From: the human T2T-CHM13v2.0 reference genome, Homo sapiens
DNA length: 64,000 bases
NCBI RefSeq assembly: GCF_009914755.1
Contig: NC_060929.1
Strand: one strand, 5' to 3'
The number at the start of each line of letters is the position of its first letter. Positions within the stretch are counted from its first letter, which is position 1. Shown here piece by piece: positions 16,562 through 34,342 of this stretch. Position numbers and translations under genes: made by a program. The notes under the pieces are model-generated. The model did no database searches. It was not told where the DNA came from and worked only from the letters and a program-made list of their open reading frames with translations.

Positions 16562-17460
16562 AGTGGTCTTACTCTCTAAGGGAGGAATACTTCCCATAGG
16601 GGACACAATAATGGTTTCTATCCTAGCCATAAGCAGGCAAAAAAGGGTAATGGTGTCGGCTGGGGTGAATGACACTGTGAAAAGGGAAATGAGGTTGCTG
16701 CCACATGATGGGAGTAGGGGTGTACACAAGAAACCAGCAATTCATCAGGAATTGCTCCTTGTTTTATTATTTATGTCCATGCCCAGCAGTTGTGGTCAGT
16801 GGAAGCTTATTTCAACCTTTCATTGGCAGGTGCACCAAAGCTGAGATCATTTAGAAATGCAAAGTTGGGCAGAAAAATTGCCATCTATTTGAGGTGCTGG
16901 CCAGCATTCAGGGGGACAGGAAATTGGATAATGGAGGAGAGAACACGTAATTATTAGTGGTGGTCTAGTGACCAGATAGAGTGTTTCCTTCTAAGTGTCT
17001 ACTTCTTCAATAAGTTGATGTATAAATATAAATATCACACATATACACACACATGTGTGTATGTACATTCTTGAATAATAAAGTGGTGTTTTTTTTTCTC
17101 CTTTGACCACCCTGTTCAGACCAGGGAACACGGGTGTACCATGGGTCTCAGGAGAAAGCCAGAAATGGACAGAGTAGACTCAGCTTCCAATTGTAGAGCT
17201 GAGAGTTTAACCTAAGATGGAAAACTTGAAAGGATTTGCAAATGGCAGGAATCCTTTTTTCCTGAGTCTTTCTCTCCCCAACTAGGAAAAATCCTTCAAG
17301 TCAAGAAGAATAAAGCAGTTGAAGAGTTAGGAAGAGTATAAGGGCCATACAGTACGCCCCCAACTCTCATTGTCAATGGGCCTGGGTGATAAGAACCCCT
17401 CTTTATGTCCGCAGATCTAAGAGCAACATGAGCTTCTGCTTTGCGTCTCATCTAGAATTT

Positions 17461-18777
<1,317 letters not shown>

Positions 18778-19230
18778 CTAGAATTTTAAGAAGGTGGCAG
18801 ACTGGCAGATGTGACCCACGACCACATGAGGAGAACAGAAGAGATGGTGGCATCATGAGACTAGTTGGAGACAGTCAGGAATTATCCCTTAAGTTTCCTG
18901 CGACTCCCAGGTGGTAAAGGAGAGCCGAAGGTTCCCGTGGGCCATGAGAGAGGGAAGGAGTATGGCTGAGAGGAATTGGTTATGGTGCATGAATTTATAC
19001 TGGGAGAACTGGGCATGCTTAGGTTTTTTTATTATTATTGTTTAGATAATCAATGTGAAAACATTCTTTCTATACAGAGTTTTGATGTTTTTTATTTTTT
19101 AGGACACTGTATTTTTGAAAGTAGGGTTTGAAGAGAATTTTATTATAGGTAACCCCACTGATAAAATGAAGTCAATCTATCAGTTAATAAATAAAAATTC
19201 CAATAATATGATTTTCATTATTTTAGTAAT

Positions 19231-19541
<311 letters not shown>

Positions 19542-19708
19542 CGTACCTCCTTTCATTCAAAAGTTTTCTGGTTTGGATGATAAATTAGTCACCCTAACTA
19601 TATGGGACCTGGAAAGGGAGCAGATAAAACAATTTTTGTTATTCTTGTCCCTTCATCCACCTCAAAGTCATAAAAGATTGAGTTGAAGATCAAAAAGTCT
19701 GGAAACGA

Positions 19709-19981
19709 TGTCTGAGTATGGTGGCTCATGCCTATAATCCCAATACTTTGGGAGGCCAAGGTGGGAGGATTGCCTCAGCCCAGGAGTTCAAGATGAGCCT
19801 GGACAGTGAGACCCTGTCTCTACAAAAATTAAAAAATTAGCTGAGCATGGTGGGGCGAGCCTGTGGTCCCAGCTACTCAGGAGGCTGAGGTGGGAAGATT
19901 GCTTGAGCCCGGGAGGTTGAGGCTGCTGAGTCAAGATCGTACCACTGCACTCCAGTCCGGGTGAGAGAGAGCAAGACCCTG

Positions 19982-20012
<31 letters not shown>
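19709..20012 (+). mobile_element. AluJ
   Basis: Dimer with a long A tail. Confidence 0.88.
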
Positions 20013-20264
20013 GATTGGAGAGAAAGAATTTCTTTGGAGAGAGTGGTTAACGTGCCATACTTACAAGAGAACTATCTAAAAAGCTTGACAAAGGTCCCCT
20101 GTCCTAGCCTACTACAGTTTGAAAAATCCCCAGGGCAAAACCACAGTTGGTGATGCCTTTCAGCTGGCTTTAAAAAGGAGGCTAGGATCCAGAATATATA
20201 AATAACTCTAACAATTCAACAACCAAAGCACAAAATACGCAGTTTAAAAATAGGCAAAAGGGGA

Positions 20265-22088
20265 TAACCAAAGCAATCCTAGACAAAAAGAACAAAGCTA
20301 GAGGCATCACACTACCCAAATTCAAACTATAAGGCTACAGAAGTTAAAATAGCATGGCACTGGCACAAAAACAGTTGCATAGACCAATGGATAGAGAACC
20401 CAGAAATAAAGCCACACATCTACAACCATATGATCTCCGACAAAGTTGACAATAACAAGCAATGTGGAAGGAACTCCCTATTCAATAAATGGTGCTGGGA
20501 TAACTGACTAGCCATTTGCAGAAGAATCAAACTGGATTCCTGCCTTTCACCATATACAAAAATTAACACACGATGGATTGAAGTCTTAAATGTAAGACCT
20601 AAAACTTTACAAATTCTAGAAGAAAACCTAGGAAATACTATTCTGGACATTGGCCTTGGCAAAAAGTTTATAATGAAGTGCCCAAAAGCAATTGCAACAA
20701 AAAAATTGACAAGTGGAGCCTAATTAAAATAAAGAATTTCTGCATAGCAAAACAAACAAACAAACAAACAAACAAACAAAAACTATCAACAGACTAAACA
20801 GCCAACCTACAGAATGGGAGAAAATATTTGCAAACTATGCATCCAACAAAGGTCTGATATCCAGAATCTATAAGGAACTTAATTCAACAAGCAAAAAACA
20901 AGCAACCTCATTAAAAAATGGTCAAAGGACATGAACAGACCCTTCTCAAAATATGATATACATGCAGCCAACAAATACATGAAAAAATGCTCAACATCAC
21001 TAATCATTAAAGAAATACAAATCAAAACCACAATTAGATACCATCTCACATCACTCAGAATGGCTATTAAAAAGTCAAAAAATGACAGATGTTGCCAAGG
21101 TTGTATAGAAAAGGGAATGCTTATACACTGTTGCTGAGAATGTAAATTAGTTCAGTTCCCATGGAAAAGGGTTTGGAGATTTCTCAACTTAAAACAGGAC
21201 TACCATTCAACTTGGCAATCCTATTACTGGGTATATGCCCAAAGGAAAGTAAGTCATTCTACCAAAAAGGCATGTGCACTCATAAGTTTATCACAGCACT
21301 TTCACCATAGCAAAGACAAGGAATCGACCTAGGTGCCAATGAATGGTGGACTAGATAAAGAAAATGTGGTACATATACACCACGGAATACTACACAGCCA
21401 TAAAAAAGAATGAAATCACATCCTTTGCAGTAACATGGATGCAGGTGGAGGCCATTATCTTAAGTAAATTAATGCAGGAACAGAAAACCAAACACCACAT
21501 GTTCTAACTTATAAGTGGGCGCTAAATATTGAGCACACAAATACATAAGAAGGGAACAATGACACTGGGGACAGAGTGAGATCTTGTCTCAAAATTAATT
21601 TATTTTTATTTTTTTTTTGAGACAAGATTTCACTCTGTCACCCAGGTTGGAGTACAGTGGCACAATCACAGCTCAATGCAGCCTCAATTTCCAGGGCGCA
21701 AGTGATCCTCCCAACTCAGCCTCCTGAGTAGCTGGGATTACAGGCATGTGCCACCACACCTGGCTAAATAAAAAAAAAAAAATTTTTTTTTTGCAGAGTT
21801 GGAGTCTCACTAAGTTGCCCTGGCTGTTCTCAAATTCTTGGACAAAAGCGATCCTCCTTCCCTGGCCTCCCAAATTGCTGGGATCATAGGCATGAGCTGC
21901 CTTGACCACTGACACTGGAGGCTACTAGAAAAGGGAGGATGGAAGAAGGGCGAGGGTTGAAAAACTGCCTATGCTCACTACCTGGGTGATGGAATCATTT
22001 GTACACCAAACCTCAGTGACACACAATTTACCCATGTAACAAACCTGGACGTGTACCCCCTGATCAAAAATAGAAGTTGAAAAAAAAT
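20265..22088 (+). mobile_element. 5'-truncated L1PB-like LINE-1 nested in an older L1M
   Basis: Degenerate ORF2 3' end and 3' UTR. Flanked by AAAAATAGGCAAAAGG (~20247) and AAAAAATGGGCAAAGG (~22083). Confidence 0.85.
21596..21907 (-). mobile_element. AluJ inside L1PB
   Basis: TSD approximately TGACACTGG; adjacent inverted copy of its own 3' end. Confidence 0.88.
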
Positions 22089-23074
22089 GGGCAAAGGATT
22101 TGAATAGACTTTCTCTAAAGAAGATACACAAGTGACTAATAAGTACATGAACAGCTGCTCAACATCATCCGGTAGTTTAGGAAAATGGAAATCAAAGCCT
22201 CAGTGAAATACTGTTTCATGCTTGCTAGATGGGTAAAATAACAAAGAGACAAAATAGGAAGCACTGGCCAGGATATGGAGAAATCAGAAACCCTCATACA
22301 TTGCTGATGGGATTGTAAAACGGTGCAGCCACTTTGGAAAACAGTTTGGCAGTTCCTCAAAAATTTAAACATAGAGTCACCTTATGACCAGGCAATTGTG
22401 CTCCTATGTATATGCCCAAGAGAAATGAAAACATATGTCCATACAAAAACTTGCACATGAATGCTTATAGAAGCATTATTCATAATAGCCAACAAATGGA
22501 AACAACCCAAATGTCCATCAATAAACAAACATAAATAAACAAAATGTGGTATCTCCAAACAATGGAATATTTTCAGTCATAAAAAGGAATGATATACTGA
22601 TTCATGCTACAGTGTGGATGAACCTTGAAAACATAATGCTAAGTTAAAGAAGGCAGACACAAAAGACCACATCTTGTACAGTTGCACTTATGTGAAATGT
22701 CCAGAATAAGAAAATTCATAGCAACAGGAAGTAGATTGGGGGTTTCCAGAGGTTAGAAGAAGGAGGGAATGCAGAATGATTGCTAATGGGTCAGGGGTTT
22801 CTTTTTGGAGTGATGAAAATATTTGAAATTAGAGAGAGGGGATGGTTACGCAACCTTGTGAATATGTTAACACCCATGGAATGTGCTTCAGTGGCGAATT
22901 TTATGATACGTGCATTATATGTCAATAAAGTTGTCATTGAAAAAAAAAGGTTGCGAGGCTGCCTTAGAAGCAGCTGCACTCCCCAAGCAGTGGGTCTAAG
23001 GTGCTTATTTTCTGGGACCAGAGGTGAAAACTGATGTATGAATTCTGACCTGGCATCATTTAAAAAGAGATTTT

Positions 23075-23246
23075 GCCTGGCACTGTGGGGTGTGACTATA
23101 GTCCCAGCTACTTGGGAGGCTGAGGCGGGAGGATTACTTGAGCCCAGGAGTTGGAGGCTGCAGCGAGCTATGATCACGCCTATGAATAGCCACTGCACTC
23201 CAACTTAGGCAACATAGCAAGACCCTGTCTTTAAAAAAGAGAAAAA
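23075..23246 (+). mobile_element. FAM (fossil Alu monomer)
   Basis: Single monomer retaining the 7SL-derived ...GCCTATGAATAGCCACTGCACTCC. TSD AAAAAGAGAT(T/C)TT. Confidence 0.85.
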
Positions 23247-23707
23247 GAGATCTTGCCCAAGAGGACTGCCTGAGAGTACGATGGGACACAACAGAGAGAC
23301 AGTCCGTGTGGAGACGGCCACCCCATGCTAAGGTTGCCAAGGGTGATGAATGACAAACCAAAGCAGAGTCCATCCCCCAACTCCAAGTGAAGAGGAGCAG
23401 TCAGACAGCTTCCTGGCCAGCCCATCGGAGTAACCAGGAGAGAAGCATCAGCTCAAATCATTTAACATGTTCAGAGAAACTCCAAGCCTGGAGGGTCAGA
23501 AGTCCCAGAAAGTGCGGGCTGTGGAGGAGAGGCTCCCAGAGGAAAAAGAGAAGCAGACAATCACCCTCTCCTTGACTGCATGCTTCTGCCTTGAGCAGGC
23601 CACGCTGAGGCAAGTTGACATAAAGTCAAGAGTTCCGATGATTATACTGCATGAGACATATTAATTTATAACATTAGTTTTTCTTGTGGCTGAAAGCAAT
23701 CAGAATA

Positions 23708-24097
<390 letters not shown>

Positions 24098-24272
24098 TAG
24101 CACCACAGAACATCCATCCGGTGCCTACTCCTCAACACAGATGTAATCTGAATAAATCACTACAGAGAGCGGTAAGTCCTATGATGAAACAATAGTTCAG
24201 ATGAGAGATGAAGATGTGAAATCAAGTATATGGGGAAAAGGGGAAAACTTAGGTTTAAAAATCGACGAATTT

Positions 24273-25998
<1,726 letters not shown>

Positions 25999-26107
25999 TC
26001 AGAGATGACTTTAAGTGTCTAATTTGGGAGATCAGGTGACTGATTGTCATTAACAGCTGAAGGAAGGAGGGAGGAGCAGATATTGGTGGAGGAAAGGAAG
26101 ATACAAA

Positions 26108-26409
26108 GTTTTTTTTTTTTTTTTTTTTGAGACGGAGTCTCGCTCTGTTGCCCAGACTGGAATGCAGTGGTGCGATCTAAGCTCACTGCAAGCTCCGCCT
26201 CCCGGGTTCACAACATTCTCCTGCCTCAGCCTCCTGAGTAGCTGGGACTACAGGCACCCGCCACCACGCCTGGCTAATTTTTTGTACTTTTAGTAGAGAC
26301 GGGGTTTCACTGTGTCAGCCAGGATGGTCTCCATCTCCTGAACTTGTGATCCGCCTGCCTCGGCCTCCTAAAGTGCTGGGATTACAGGCATGAGCCACTG
26401 CGCCTGGCC
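26108..26409 (-). mobile_element. AluY
   Basis: GCAAGCTCCGCC and AGGATGGTCTC diagnostics; TSD CAAAGTTTT. Confidence 0.88.
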
Positions 26410-26549
26410 CCTCAAAGTTTTGTTTTGGACATGCTGAGTTTGAGGTGCATGTGTCACAGAAGGGTCAGAAGCCAGGAAACAGTTGGAAGTGCAGCCTAGA
26501 GCTCAGGTGACAATTCGGGTGGAATAGCTTTTTAAATTTTCAGGACATT

Positions 26550-26863
26550 GGCCAGGTGTGGTGGCTCACGCCTGTAATCTCAGCACTTTGGGAGGCTGAG
26601 GCAAGCGGATCACCTGAGGTCAGGAGTTTGAAACCAGCCTGGCCAACATGACGAAACCCCGACTCTCCTAAATATACAAAAATTAGCCGGGTGCGGTGGC
26701 GGTCACCTGCAATCCCAGCTACTCAGGAGGCTGAGGCAGGTGAATTGCTTCAACCTGGGAGACGGAAGTTGCAGTGAGCCGAGATTGAGCCACTGCACTC
26801 CAGCCTGGGCAACAGAACAAGACTCCATCTCAAGAAAATAAATAAATAAACAAACAAATAAAT
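26550..26863 (+). mobile_element. AluS
   Basis: 15-bp TSD AAATTTTCAGGACAT. Confidence 0.9.
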
Positions 26864-27774
26864 AAATTTTCAGGACATGGATAGCAAGGGAAGCACAAAG
26901 CTAGATAAAATCACATAGGGAGAAAGAGCATAGGGTGAGAAAAGGGCTTGAGAATGAATCAACATTTAATGGTTAGTGGAAGGTGCCAAGGCAACTATAA
27001 AGGAGAAGGTAGAAAGATCTAGAGAAAAAGAGAACATGTAATCACACAATCAATACAAGAAATGAGTGAGGATGTCTGAGCCACACAACCACTCCTTTCA
27101 GTAGTACAAACAAAATAAATATTGGTGATGGCGGATCCAATAGTAATAAGGTGCTGTTTTTCATAACATGTTAGCTAACACTCTTGACCAACTGATAAGG
27201 AATGTTGCCTGAGCAAATGGTGAACTTGCAGCTTACCTTTGCCTGGTGATTCCTTGAAATGTGTGACTTGAACTTGCAAGGTAATTGGATCGGGTTCGGC
27301 TTTGGACCATCGTTCGGAATGAAGTGAACTGTTGACTTCTGGATCATTTATAAGATCCCAAATACCTTAACATGGTGCAGAAGGCCCTTCCTGCTGTGGC
27401 CCCTGACTCTTTTCTAATCTTATCTCTCACTGTTTCCCTTGCTCATCCTACCCTTCAAGCAATCCAATTACTTGAATATGCCAAGTGCTCCCTCACGCCT
27501 GCATGGCTTTCACTATGCTGTTTCTTCAGCTTGGAATACCAGTCTCTGGTCTAAAACCCTTTGCCAACTTCCCCTAGTCTTGGAATCATTTCAAATCTAA
27601 TTGTGCGCAACACTATCTTTACCTACTGATGAAGGGAAACAACCTCACAATAGAGCTTCACACTACTTAAACTCCCCGTGAGAGAAAGAGTTAAAATCTT
27701 AGCGAAACCCCAGCTTTTTACAATTTTGCTGGACACTGTGTCCTATTTGATATGCATGCTATCAGCCCATTTGA

Positions 27775-28133
<359 letters not shown>

Positions 28134-28159
28134 TGAAATAACATGAAATCCTTCTCCAC

Positions 28160-28452
<293 letters not shown>

Positions 28453-28639
28453 GAAATCCTTCTTCCCTACCTCAGTTTCATGAAAACCTTCCCCTTCTTC
28501 ACCTGTATATCACAAAATCCCTCCTCCCCTGAGTGTCACAAGACAGTTCTCAGCCAGGATTTTTTTTTTTTTGGTCAGCCAGGATTGAAAAAAAAAAAAA
28601 AAAGAAGTAAAAGAATGCTTGTCACATGACCTCTGTTGT

Positions 28640-28982
28640 TTCTTCCTTAAAATTCATAACCTCAGTCTAATCATGAGAAAACATCAGAAAAATCCAAATT
28701 GAGAAATAGTCTACAAAATACCTGGCACTCTTCAAGAGTGCCAAGGTCGAGAAAAACAAGGAAAGACTGTGAAACTGTCACAGATTAAAGGGGACTAAAG
28801 AGATATGACAAATGATGCAATGTGGTATCCTGGAACAGAGAAAAGAATATAGTGGAAAAACTGGAGAAATTGGAAGAATCTGAGTTTAGTGGAATAGTTA
28901 ATAGTATTGTACCAGGATCAATCTTTTATTTTTGAGAAACGTACTGTACCATGGTATGTAAGATGTTAACATTAAGAAAGCT
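28640..28982 (+). mobile_element. L1MC/L1MD 3' UTR fragment
   Basis: CTAATCATGAGAAAACATCAGA...GGAAAGACTGTGAAACTGTCACAGATT...ATGCAATGTGGTATCCTGGA. Confidence 0.7.
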
Positions 28983-29025
28983 AAAAGAAAGCCGATAATC
29001 TGACGTATTAAAATAACTAAGGTGT

Positions 29026-29332
29026 GGCTGGGCATGGTGGTTCACGCCTATAATCCTAGCACTTTGGGAGGCCAAGGTGGGCAGATTGCTTGAGCCTAGG
29101 AGTTCAAGACCAGCTTAGGTAAAATGGTGAAATCCCCACTCTACAAAAAATACAAAAATTTAGCCAGGCTGGGTGGTGTGTGTCTGTAGTCCCAGCTACC
29201 CAGGAGGCTGAGGTGGGAGGACCACCTGAGTCCAGGAGGTCAAGGATGCAGTGAGCCATGTTTGAGCCACTGTACTCCAGCCTGGGTGACAGAGTGAGAC
29301 CCTGTCTCAAAAATAAAATAATATAATATAAT
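29026..29332 (+). mobile_element. AluJ
   Basis: Dimer; TSD approximately AAAATAA.TAAG. Confidence 0.88.
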
Positions 29333-29499
29333 AAAATAATTAAGACGTGAAGGTCACCCGGCTTTTAGGTGGTGATCAGCCCCCTTCTTTCTTCCTTAGT
29401 TCTTGGTAATGACAAGTCCTGACATTAAAAATCTAATTTCCACACTACCACTTTGACTATATCTCAGGCCATCTTGCCTTTCATGGATCCCACCCTCAT

Positions 29500-29840
29500 C
29501 ATCTGGCCTTCTAGTTCCCAGGACAATCTGAAGCTGGCTCCACTGCAGGGTCCTTGTGCTTGCTGTTTCCCTCTTCTTGGAACCTTTCCCCGCTCCCTCT
29601 TTGTAGAGCTGGCTTCTGTCTTTCAAGTCTCAGCTTCATGTCACCTTCTCAGAGAGGCCTGCTGTGACTACCTACCCCAATAATCTCTGTCACAGCACTT
29701 TTTGTATTTTTCTTCATTTCGCTAAGCATAGTCTACAATTTATTGATGTATTTGCAATCTTTCTCCCTTCAGAATGTTTGCTGTATGAGGGCAGAGACCA
29801 GGTCTATCTTGTTCTCTGTAATATCTACTGTCTCCGTGTT
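29500..29840 (+). mobile_element. L2 fragment
   Basis: TCAAGTCTCAGCTTCATGTCACCTTCTCAGAGAGGCC...TATGAGGGCAGAGACC. Confidence 0.6.
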
Positions 29841-29846
29841 TTCCCA

Positions 29847-30209
29847 TTTTTTTTTTTTGAGACAGGGTGACAAACTGAGACCATTTGCAGTAGTGTGAAC
29901 ATGGCTCACTGCAGTCTCGACCTCTGGGGCTCAAGTGATCCTCCCTGCCTCAGCCCTCCAAGTAGCTGGGACTACAGATGGGTGCCAACATCAAGTAGCT
30001 GGGACTACAGATGGGCGCCACCATGCTAGGCTATTTTTTTGTGTATATGTGTGTGTATATATATAGAATATATATTCTATATATCCTGTATATAGATATA
30101 AATATATATTATATATATAAATCTATGTTTTATATATATATGTGTATATATATATATATATATATTTTTTTTTTTGTAGAGATGAAGTTTTGCCATTGTT
30201 GCCCAGGCT
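29847..30209 (-). mobile_element. Rearranged AluJ with (TA)n linker expansion
   Basis: Right arm, AT microsatellite 30040-30165, truncated left arm. Confidence 0.85.
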
Positions 30210-30210
30210 T

Positions 30211-30538
30211 CCCTCAACATTTATATGTTGAACTCCTAACCCCTAGTGTGATGATATTAGGAGATGTGGGTCTTTGGGAATTGATTAGATCTTGAGGGTA
30301 GTACATTCATAAATAGAATTAGTGCCCTTATAAAAGAAGCTCCAGAGAACTCCCTTGCCCCTTTTGCCTTGTGAGGCCTTCTGTGAAACAGTAAGTAGGC
30401 TCTCACCAGATACCAAACATGCCAGTGTTGTAATCTTGAACTTCCCAACCACCAGAACTGTTAGAAATAAATTTCTATTGTTTATAAACTACCCAGTCTA
30501 TGGCATTCTTGTTCTAGCAGCCTAAACAGACGAAGATG
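30211..30538 (+). mobile_element. MLT1A-like MaLR LTR
   Basis: CTTATAAAAG, ATCTTGAACTTCCCA, AATAAATTTCTATTGTTTATAA. Confidence 0.75.
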
Positions 30539-30558
30539 CCTATAATAGTTGTTCAATA

Positions 30559-30882
<324 letters not shown>

Positions 30883-31669
30883 TTAAATGAGTGCCAAAGG
30901 ATAATTTTCTTTTTTTTCTTTCCTTTTTTTTTTTTAGGCTAAGTCTCCCTCTAAGAGTAAAAAACATGCTGCCATCAAATATATAGTGAGCATGTGTCAA
31001 ATATCAATCTAACTCATTTAATGAAGAGACCAGAAAGATAATAAATCTGGTTGAAGGAGAATTCAAGGAACAGAGGTTTGTATAGCAGAAAAGACATGCT
31101 GAAATAAGTTAGCTAGGTTAAAGGGAAATCTAGTTTATGTCCTACAGGTTAATAAACTATAATCTTTAGGATTGTCTTTTCTGTAGAATAGGAATCATTT
31201 GGGTCTCTAACAGACAAAAACCTACAAGTTAACACGTAACTTCATAGAATCTGGACCCTAATGATAATAATTAACAAGTCAAACAAAGGTACATTCTCCA
31301 GATGAATAACACTTGGGTGGACCTGTTCGGACAATGCTCCAGCATGACAGTGAAAGGACATACAATTATCTTTTTGCCTTAATTCTAAGATTAGGACATT
31401 AAAAAAAATAGAAGACTAAAAAATATAGAATGAATGTACAAGTGCTCCAACTGAAGTTTGGAAAGGGGAGGTCAGTCTGTTGGGGGGCAAGGCACAGGGG
31501 CATCTGCTTCATCAGGTCTTCCCCCAAAGCCATCATCACTGGATCCAGCATTCATTCTTTGAGAGCCAGCCAATGTTTCATTTTCTCTGTGAAGTCTGTC
31601 TAGATTTTCCTCTCACTCCCTATCAGGCAAACTGAGGTGGACAAACCTTGTTTTCAAGATGGTGATTGT

Positions 31670-32278
<609 letters not shown>

Positions 32279-32471
32279 GATGATGATTGCTGTCAAGTCC
32301 CTAGATTTTTTTCCTGTGACTTGCTTATCCCTGGTTTGAGCCAAGACACTCTATTACCCTTGTTCCCCTTACTTCCCAGACCATATTTTTGTCTGTGGAT
32401 TATACATGAGAGCCCATGTGAGGATTCCCACAAATAATTGAGATGGGGTGTGAAGGAGAATTTGAAAGTGA

Positions 32472-32783
<312 letters not shown>

Positions 32784-32972
32784 AAGAGCCCAGTTTTTAC
32801 AAACAACAGATGAGTGCTAGGGGGCAGGACAACGCAAGTATGAAATGAGACCAGCTAATGAGACCAGCTGCACGCTGGTTATACAAGTATCAGAGCTGCT
32901 TTGTCCCTTGGTCCCATGAGATACTACTCTATAAAACATGCCCAAAAGCCAGCCTCACATGTCTTTTTCTAG

Positions 32973-33204
32973 TTTATTTATTTATTTTTGAGACAAGGTG
33001 TCGCTCTGTTGTCCAGCCATTGTATTCCGACTCACGGCAGCCTCGACCTCCTGGGCTCAAGTGATGTAGTTGGGACTACAGGCACACACTACCACACCTG
33101 GCTAATTTTTGTATTTTTAGTAGAGACGAGTCTCACTATGTTGCCAAGGCTGGTCTTGAACTGCTGAACCCAAGTGACCCTCCCACCTCTGCATCCCAAA
33201 GTGT
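32973..33204 (-). mobile_element. Degenerate AluJ
   Basis: Alu with several internal deletions and no 5' end. Confidence 0.8.
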
Positions 33205-34342
33205 CTAGTTTCAGAACTTACTTTATTCAGAGGTGTAGCTATCTTTGGGACCAAAACTGTGAGCACTGAACCAGCGACTGGCTTGAGAAGAAAGCATTTC
33301 CAAGGCAAATAATAATCCAAGCTGAAAACAGTCCTCTTAGTGCACCAGAAGGGACCTTTTGGCAAGTGGCATCTTGCCAGAAAATTAACTCAAAACAAAT
33401 CCCTAACAGCTCAGAGATGGTGGAGGGGAATTTCAGAAACAGTCAGCAGGGCAGGGCCATGCAACTGCTTACAGGAATTGCCTCACTCACACTTTGATGT
33501 TGATTCTCTGCAGAGCTTCCGCTGCTTCAAAACGGCGTGCAGGAGTCAGAGACATTACATCAGGAAGATACTGCAGAGATATTCTACTCCATCTCATTCA
33601 TTGTACAGGTGAGGAATCCAAGGGTCAGAGATTTTAAGGAATTTGTCCAAAATCACAGAGTGGAGAACTGTGAGTAGAACTCAGATCGCTTGTTGCCTAA
33701 TTCAGGTGTTTTCAACCCCTTATAAATAAGCCAGGGAGGTGTGGCACCCACATGATTTGCTTTCTGGCTGATGTATCTCTATTCCTAACGCAGAGCTCAG
33801 GCATCAATCGGTAAACATGAGGAAGAGATAGATGCGGCTCTATCTATCTAGTGTATGGGAGCAGCATGTGACATTGTGATGAGATGTGTCAGCACAGGCA
33901 CAATTTAAAGCAGTGCCATGGCAACCGGCATTCACTCTGGCTCCAGATAGCACCGTGAACTACAGGGTGTAGTTGAAAATGGCTTCTCACCTAGGGAGTG
34001 GAATGTTCCAGCCTCTGTTTCCTGCAGTGAGTGACTCTAAAATCTACCAAGCAATGTAGCAACGAGACTGGTTCAGATTATTTACCAAGGGTTGGGGGTT
34101 TTCAGCGTAACTCACAGGAGAAATAAACTTGGCAGCCTTGGGAATCCCCAAGAATTACTGTGACTATCTGCAAAGCAGTAGGGTTTTGCTTTCTCTTAGA
34201 GCAATGCATTCTTTCAGTGTCTTCCCGGAGAACTAATACTTCAAAGAGGTGCCCTGGGCACGAGGGGAAGGTAATGGAGAACGGCACCACCATTTGTTTC
34301 TTATATATTGCAGAATCTGCTGCTACCCTCCCCACAAATTCT

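Larger units (their letters stand above)
20187..22950 (+). mobile_element. L1MB-like LINE-1 3' end (host of the L1PB)
   Basis: ATCCAGAATATATAAA... at 20187-20262 resumes at ~22089 and runs to AATAAA plus an A-run at ~22924-22948. Confidence 0.75.

Noticed and set aside
23075-23246. 7SL RNA gene
   Set aside because: Lacks the central S domain and is diverged; fits FAM.
32846-32870. 13-bp tandem ATGAGACCAGCT
   Set aside because: Short slippage duplication with no further evidence of significance.
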